Source: Sedimentisphaerales bacterium (lineage in GTDB: Bacteria; Planctomycetota; Phycisphaerae; Sedimentisphaerales; Anaerobacaceae). Taken from it: 64,000 bases of DNA. The stretch covers positions 3,712,001 through 3,776,000 of the forward strand of contig OY970194.1 in assembly GCA_963708075.1 (NCBI GenBank), in the 5' to 3' direction. The notes under the pieces are model-generated. The model searched no databases and was not told the DNA's origin. It saw only the letters and a list, made by a program, of their open reading frames with translations. A program made the position numbers and the translations under genes. Below, one piece after another: positions 57,355-64,000 of the stretch. Within the stretch, counting starts at the first letter, position 1; each line of letters starts with the position of its first letter.

Positions 57355-58341
57355 CGGATCGAGCCGGTCCATTTCGCTCGCAGATCGCCGGTGGCAAAGC
57401 CGAGGGCATGATCGATCCGGCGGCGTTGATGAAGATCAAATCGATGGAGCTGCGTGCCAAGGCGGTCGTCGAGGGCTTTTGCAGGGGAATTCACCGCAGC
57501 CCCTATCACGGCTTTTCCGTCGAGTTCACCGAGTACCGCCAGTACACCCTCGGCGACGACCCCCGCTATATCGACTGGCGCGTGTATGCGCAGCGATCGG
57601 TTCTTCATCAAAAAGTTCGAGGACGAAACGAACCTCCGCTGTCATCTGCTGATCGATCACAGCCGGTCGATGGCCTATGGCTCGGCCGGCTATGCGAAGT
57701 CACAATACGCCGGCACACTGGCGGCGACGCTGGCCTACTTTCTTTTCATGCAGGGCGACGCTGTCGGCCTGGCCACATTCGACGACCAGATCCGGCAGTA
57801 CCTGCCGCCACGCAACCGGCCGAGCTACCTGCGAAGGCTGATCCATTCGCTGGAGGCCGCGCCCGCGGGCAAAGCCACCGACCTGGGTCCGCCGCTGCAG
57901 CGCCTGGCTCAAATGCTGACCAGGCGAGGGTTGATCGTGCTGATCTCCGACCTGCTGACGTCGGTGGATCGGCTCGAACCTGACCTGGGCTACCTCTGCG
58001 CGGGTGGTCACGATGTCGTCGTATTCCACGTACTGGACCCGGCGGAGCTGCATTTTGATTTTGACTCGCCGGCCCTGTTTCGGGACGTGGAGACCGGGCG
58101 CGACCTGTACATCGATCCGTCCGCCGCCCGCAAGAGCTACACGCGATTGCTGAACGACCATCTTAACAACGCGAAGGCCATCTGCCAGAGGCTCGGGATC
58201 GACTACCATCTGTTCGCAACGGACCGTCCATTCGATTTGGTCCTGCTCGATTTCCTGCAGGGTCGCATGCGCCGCCGCAGGCACCAGATTCGAAATCCGA
58301 ATTTCAAATCTCGAAATTCCGGCGAGGGGAGGACGGCATGA
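57351..58341 (+). pseudogene. DUF58 domain protein split by an apparent frameshift near 57590 (pseudogene or sequence error)
   Basis: Frame 1 gives HRSPYHGFSVEFTEYRQY..GDDPRYIDWRVYA; the next frame continues RSDRFFIKKFEDETN..IDHSRSM. Confidence 0.85.
58284..58318. repeat. Heptamer array forming the C-terminal tail of DUF58 (QIRNPNFKSRNS)
   Basis: ccagatt-cgaaatc-cgaattt-caaatct-cgaaatt. Confidence 0.8.
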
Positions 58342-60449
58342 GCTTCCTGTACCCTCTATTTCTGGCCGGCGTCGCCGCGGTGGCTGTGCCGATCCTGCTG
58401 CACCTGATTCGCCGTCACACGCGAGAACGCGTGGCGTTCAGTTCCCTGATGTTCCTGCGCACGACGATGCCGCGATTCAAGAGCCGCAGCCGGCTGGAGC
58501 ATATACCGCTGCTGATCCTGCGATGCATGATCGTGTGCCTGCTGGCGTTTGCCTTTGCACGTCCTTTCCTGGTGCGGCCGGCTGCGGTGGGCACGGCCCG
58601 GCCCGGTGAGCGGATTGTCATGCTGATCGACACCAGTGCATCAATGCGGCGTGAAGGCGTCTGGGCCCAGGTGGTCGACGAAACCAAGTCGGTCCTGGCA
58701 CATGCCGGGCCGGCCGACCGCCTGTGCGTGATGAGCTTCGATCAGACCACGCACACGCAGATCGGATTCGAGCAGTGGACGACAATGGATCCCATTCAGC
58801 GTGCGGCCATCGCGGCCCAGAGCATAGCAAGCCTGTCGCCGAGTTGGGCATCCACCGATCTCGGCCATGCTCTCGTCGCGGCTGCGGAAGCCATCGAGGA
58901 TGATGAAGTGACCGATGGGCAGCAAAGCGGCGGCATGCGACGGGTGGTGCTGATCAGCGATCTGCAACAGGGCAGCAATCTCGACGCGCTCTCGGCTTAC
59001 GAATGGCCCGAGCGGACGGAGCTGGTGGTCAAAGCGATTCCGTGCCACGGAACGACGAACGCCTCACTGCAGTGGATCGCGAGCCGCGAGACTCTGGCCT
59101 CCTCGCGTGGTGACGGCACGCCGAGTATACGCGTTACGAATGCCCCGGATGCGGACAGAGATCGTTTTGAACTTCGCTGGGGCGAGGGCAGGCAAACGGA
59201 TGTGTACGTGCCGGCGGGTCAGAGTGTCGTCGTGCATGCCCCGGCCAATCCGGATCAGCCGGCACCCACAAAGCTCGTCCTTGCCGGCGACGATCACGAC
59301 TTCGACAACGTCCTCTATCTGGCCCCGCAGCCACAGCGCAACATCAATATCCTTTATACCGGCAATGAGGATCCCAATAATACCAGGGAGATGCTGTACT
59401 ACGTGCGCAGGGCCTTTGGAACCGGCAGCGCAATGAACGCGAACATCGTTGGCCGCCCCGGCAACGAAACCATCAGCGATGCCGATATCAAGACCGCCCA
59501 CGTGATTCTTGTCACCGACCTGATCAGTCCGCAGAACTTTGCGCCGCTGCGGAAGTATCTTGAGTCCGGCAGGATTCTCCTGCTGGTCATGAAATCCGCC
59601 GAGACTGCCGCCGTCCTCTCAGGTTTGGCGGGCATTGAAAGACTTGACTGCCACGAGGCCAATGTCGGTCAGTACGCGATGCTCGACCGTATCGAGCTCG
59701 AGCATCCATTGTTGAAGCCTTTCTCCGACCCTCGTTTCGGCGACTTCACGCGGATTCACTTTTGGAGATACCGGCGCATCGATGCCGCCGATTGTCCCGG
59801 GGCGAGGGTGCTGGCCTGGTTTGACAGCGACGACCCTGCCTGGCTCGAGGTCCCCATGGGTCGCGGATCGCTGCTTGTGTGGACCAGCGGATGGCATCCG
59901 GCAGACAGCGACCTGGCGCTTTCATCCAAGTTCGTCCCCCTGCTGTATTCCGCTCTCGAATACAGCGGAGCCTTTGCGGGATACCGGCCGCAGTACTTCG
60001 TCGGCGACCCGGTGCCTGTCCCCGAACAGAATGCATCGGTCTCCCCAAACGTGGACATCCACCGGCCGGACGACACCATCGTGCACGTAGATGCCGCTCA
60101 GCGAGCCTTTACACAGACGGACCTGCCAGGCATTTATTCGATTCTGGATTCGACGCAGGGTGCTAATCCGCAATCCTTTGCCGTCAATCTGGCTGCCGGT
60201 GAGAGCCGGACCGATCCCATGCCAATCGAGGAACTGGAGAGGAGGGGCATCTCGCTGAAATCTGTTTCCGGCATTGCACCGGCGGGCGGCGAGCGAGAGA
60301 TACAGCACAGCAGCTTTGGCGAAATGGAATCGCAGCAGAAACTCTGGCGATGGGTACTTGTGGCAGTATTGGCGATGCTATTGGTTGAGACATGGCTGGG
60401 CGGCTGGCTCACGCGCCCCAGTCCGGCGTCTCAGGAGGAGCAGACATGA
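58338..60449 (+). CDS. BatA N-terminal plus vWA domain membrane protein
   Basis: MSFLYP..PILLHL..FSSLMFL; DTSASM MIDAS; LISDLQ; C-terminal LWRW..LLVE. Confidence 0.9.
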   Translation: MSFLYPLFLAGVAAVAVPILLHLIRRHTRERVAFSSLMFLRTTMPRFKSRSRLEHIPLLILRCMIVCLLAFAFARPFLVRPAAVGTARPGERIVMLIDTSASMRREGVWAQVVDETKSVLAHAGPADRLCVMSFDQTTHTQIGFEQWTTMDPIQRAAIAAQSIASLSPSWASTDLGHALVAAAEAIEDDEVTDGQQSGGMRRVVLISDLQQGSNLDALSAYEWPERTELVVKAIPCHGTTNASLQWIASRETLASSRGDGTPSIRVTNAPDADRDRFELRWGEGRQTDVYVPAGQSVVVHAPANPDQPAPTKLVLAGDDHDFDNVLYLAPQPQRNINILYTGNEDPNNTREMLYYVRRAFGTGSAMNANIVGRPGNETISDADIKTAHVILVTDLISPQNFAPLRKYLESGRILLLVMKSAETAAVLSGLAGIERLDCHEANVGQYAMLDRIELEHPLLKPFSDPRFGDFTRIHFWRYRRIDAADCPGARVLAWFDSDDPAWLEVPMGRGSLLVWTSGWHPADSDLALSSKFVPLLYSALEYSGAFAGYRPQYFVGDPVPVPEQNASVSPNVDIHRPDDTIVHVDAAQRAFTQTDLPGIYSILDSTQGANPQSFAVNLAAGESRTDPMPIEELERRGISLKSVSGIAPAGGEREIQHSSFGEMESQQKLWRWVLVAVLAMLLVETWLGGWLTRPSPASQEEQT

Positions 60450-63400
60450 TTGAGGAAGCTCTTCGCAGACAACTCCAACCCATAGCCGACCGGCGAAGGC
60501 GCCTGCACCTGGCCCGGCGGCTGTCGATCTGCTGGCTGATCTGCGGTTCTCATCGGGGCCGCCATGGTGAGCGGAGCATGGCTGTGGGGCTGGGGATCGA
60601 CTTCGGCCGTTCTGGCCCTGTGCATTGCGGCCGTCCTGGCGACAGGCTGGATCATCTACCGATCGCGTCGCCTGCAGCCGGACTATCGGGTCCTTGCGCG
60701 AACCATCGAGCAGCAGCATCCTGACTTGCAGGCCCTGCTATTGGCCGCGATCGAGCAAGAGCCGCAGGGCCCGGATGGACAGATGGGCTATCTCCAGCAG
60801 CGGGTGATTGCCGAGGCGGTCACCCATGCAACAGGTCATGATTGGCTCCAAAGCATCTCCCGAGGAAAGCTGATGCTGGCCGGCCTGGGCCGAACTGCCA
60901 CCCTGCTGTTCCTGCTGGTCGTCTTGTCCCAAATGCTGCCGCTTACGTCGCTGCTGCCACGCGAGCACAAGGGCGTGCTGGCATCCAGAGGCCTCGACGT
61001 CACCGTCACTCCAGGTGACACATCCATCGAACAGGGCACGCCGGTGGTGATATTGGCGCGTTTCGAGGGGCGTGTGCCGTCGGCGGTGGACCTGCTGTTC
61101 GGCGAGGCCGGGCAGGAGCCCCAGCAGATCTCGCTGAGCAGGAGCCTCGACGATCCCGTGTTCGGCGGCATCCTTCAGGACGTCCGATCCGATCTGCTCT
61201 ACCACGTCGAATACGCGGATCAGCGGACGCGCGATTTCGCGATCAGCGTCTATCAGTGCCCCGAGCTTGTCCGGGCTGATGCGAAGATCGTGTATCCCGC
61301 CTATACGAAGTTGCCCGAGAAGACGATCAAGGACACGCGTCAGGTCAGCGTAGTCGAGGGCTCCGAAGTCACGCTCATCCTCACGCTGAACAAGCCGGTA
61401 GCCACCGCCCGGCTGGTCCCTAAGACAGGCATCGCAGTGGGCCTTGCCGTGGATCGCCAGGACCCTAATGTGCTGACCGCGTCCGTGACAGCGTCGCAGA
61501 GCCAGCGGTACGAGTTGCAGATGGCCGATGCCCAGGGCCGGTCGAACAAGCTGCTGCCGCGGTTCGTGATCGAGGTGCACAAGAACCTGCCGCCCGAGCT
61601 GACGCCGGTATTTCCGAGCAACGACGTGGTGGTTTCGCCGCTGGAAGAGCTCTCGCTAGAGGCGGAAGTTGCCGACGATTACGGCGTCACCGGCTACGGG
61701 CTCTCCTACGCCCTGGCTGGCACGGAGGGGCGAGACCTGGTGCTGAGCGAGGCTTCGAATGAAAAGCCACAGATTCAATACCTTCTCGCGATGGAGGAGC
61801 TCAAGGCCGAGCCGGACCAGTTGCTGACCTGGTACTTCTGGGCCGACGACGTTGGGCCTGACGGCAAGCCCCGCAGGACGGCCAGCGATATCTACTTCGC
61901 CGAGGTGCGCCCCTTCGAGGAAATCTTCCGTGAGAGCCAGTCCTTCCAGGATCAGCAGAACCAGGATCAGCAAAACAGCCAGGAAGGCAATCAGCAGGAC
62001 CGGCCCGGCGAGCGGCTGGCCCAACTGCAAAAGCAGATCATCAGCGCCACGTGGAACATCAAGCAGCAGGCCGAGCGCTCCGGCGAGATCGACCGCCATA
62101 AGGAAGACCTCGACGTCGTCCAGCAGTCCCAGGCCGGCGCCTTGGAGCAGGCCGGCGAGGCGTTGAAAGAGGCGGAAGACCCGGCGGCGATGAAAGCCCT
62201 TCAGGCCGCTTCGGATCACATGCAAACTGCCTTGGACCACCTGAGCAAGGCGTCGGAATCTGCATCGACAACGGAGCTGACGCCCGCGCTGGCCGGCGAG
62301 CAATCGGCCTACCAGGAGTTGCTGAAGCTGCGGCAGCGGGAGCACCAAGTGGCCCAGGGCCGTAGCCAGGGTCGGGCTGCCAATGCCAACTCCCAGCGTT
62401 TCCAGCAACAATTGCAGCAGTTGCAGCTCACGCAGCGGGAGAATCGATATGAGACGCAGCGTCTGGCTCAGTCCCGCGAGCAGTCCGGCCGCAGCGAGGA
62501 TCTGCAGATGCTCAACCGGCTGCGAGACCTGGCACGGCGGCAGAACGAGATGAGCGACAGGCTCCGCGAGGCACAGGCAGCCCTTCGCCAGGCGCAGAAC
62601 GAGCAACAAAGGCAGGAGGCGCTTCGCGAGCTCCGCCGCCTGCGGGACGAGCAGCTTGAAGCGCTTCGCGACACGGACGAGCTCCAGCAGCAAATGGAGA
62701 GGCCGCAGAACCGCCAGCGAATGGCCGATGCCAGACAGCAGTTGGATGATTCCCGGGCCGGAATCCGTGAGTCGGCGGAGGCGATGGAACAAGGGATGGT
62801 CTCCAGGGCAATCACCTCCGCGACACGCGCCCAGCGTCAACTCGAGCAGATGCGTGATGAGTTCCAGCGCCGCACCTCCAGTCAGTTCAGTGACCAGATG
62901 CGCAACATGCGCGAGGAGGCGCAGCAACTCGATCAACGCGAGGAGGAAGTCGCACAGGAGCTGAGCCGGCAGATCGATGCAAGGCAAAAGACGCTTGCGG
63001 GGCCCGATGCAAACCGCGAGCTGGCGGATCAGATCGATCAGCAGAAGGAGAGTATGAAGGAGCTGATCGACCAGATGAAGGGGGTAAGCGAGCAGGCGGA
63101 GAACTCCGAGCCGCTGCTGTCGAGGGCGCTTTATGATACTCTGCGCAAGGCGAGCACGAAGGACCTTGACAAGACTCTGGAGATGACCCGGGAGCTGCTG
63201 CGGCGGGACCTGCTGCCTCAGGCGCAGGAGATCGAGCGGCGGGCCGGCAATGGCATTGACGAAATCCGCCAGGGCGTCGAAGAGGCGGCCAGAAACGTGC
63301 TCGGCGATGAGGCCGACTCGTTGCGCCTGGCTCGCCAGCAGATCGAGGAGCTGATCCGGCAGATGAATGACGAAATGGCCCGTGTCGGCGGTGCAAACCC

Positions 63401-64000
63401 GCAAGGTGACGATCCAAATGGATCGATGAACACGGCAAGTCAAGAGAGGCGGGCTGAGGCTCAAGCTGGAGCCAGAGATAGCCAGGAAGGCGGACAACCG
63501 GCAGACCGCGCGTCGGGTGAGAGGGACTCCACGCGTTCAGGGCAGGCTCAGCAAGGCGGCTCCCCTCGCGAGGGTGCGGAGCAGCAGGCCTCCGATCGCC
63601 GTGCCCAGGCGGATGGTGGCGCGCGGGCCGACCCAAGAGGCTTGGGCGGCAATCCCGGCTCCCCGGGACAATGGGATGATCCGGGCAACCGAGGGCCGCT
63701 CACGGGTGAGGATTTTCGCCAATGGTCGGATGGGCTGCGCGACGTGGAGGAGATGCTCACTGAACAGGAGCTGCGTGACGAGGCAGCGAGGATTCAGGAC
63801 CGCGCCCGGGCCATACGGGCGGAGTTCAAACGTCACGGCACGGAGCCACAGTGGGACCTGGTCCGCACGCAGATCATGGACCCGCTGACCGAGTTGCGGC
63901 AGCGAGTGGATGAGAAACTGGCGCAGCTTCAGTCGGACGAAACGATGGCCCCCATCGACCGTGATCCGGTGCCCGACCGCTTCGCAGACCTGGTCCGAGC
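60446..64000 (+). CDS. Large DUF4175-like membrane/coiled-coil protein; apparent frameshift at ~60542; runs off the window
   Basis: ATG 60446 overlaps upstream stop; frame from 60543 reads AVLIGAAMVSGAWLWG..YPAYT..DDYGV..EVRPFEE..Q-rich helices..IDRDPVP at the window end in the same frame; absent from ORF track because it has no stop. Confidence 0.78.

Noticed and set aside
57580..60550. Programmed ribosomal frameshifting at the two breaks
   Set aside because: No slippery heptamer or evident stimulatory structure; a simple indel or sequence error is more parsimonious.

Overview
GC-rich bacterial window, most likely Planctomycetota. This is an inference from a DUF1501/DUF1549-1553/PPC cluster, many Tat-signal enzymes, and DUF1080/ThuA proteins. 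About 45 genes fall into five blocks: (1) 0.5-25 kb, secreted carbohydrate-active and redox enzymes (GH5 plus beta-helix fusion, GH36, DUF4091, sulfatase, sialidase-like/GH99-like fusion, ThuA); (2) 25.5-36.2 kb, an 11-subunit complex I-like operon ordered nuoI-A-B-C-D-H-J-K-L-M-N with no nuoEFG; (3) 36.4-41.7 kb, the DUF1553-DUF1501-PPC trio; (4) 41.8-52.6 kb, sugar oxidoreductases, a transporter and a lactonase; (5) 52.9-64 kb, a TPR-gluzincin/DUF4159/MoxR/DUF58/vWA/DUF4175-like operon with two apparent frameshifts. The most striking signal is a layer of small repeats that the gene calls do not explain: GTAG-type REP-like palindromes and 7-bp tandem arrays sit in frame inside at least eight protein-coding genes or overlap stop codons, and an ~89-bp nested-hairpin element has three copies showing compensatory base changes. 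I saw no tRNA, rRNA, CRISPR array or transposase. Family names come from recognising motifs, not from database searches.
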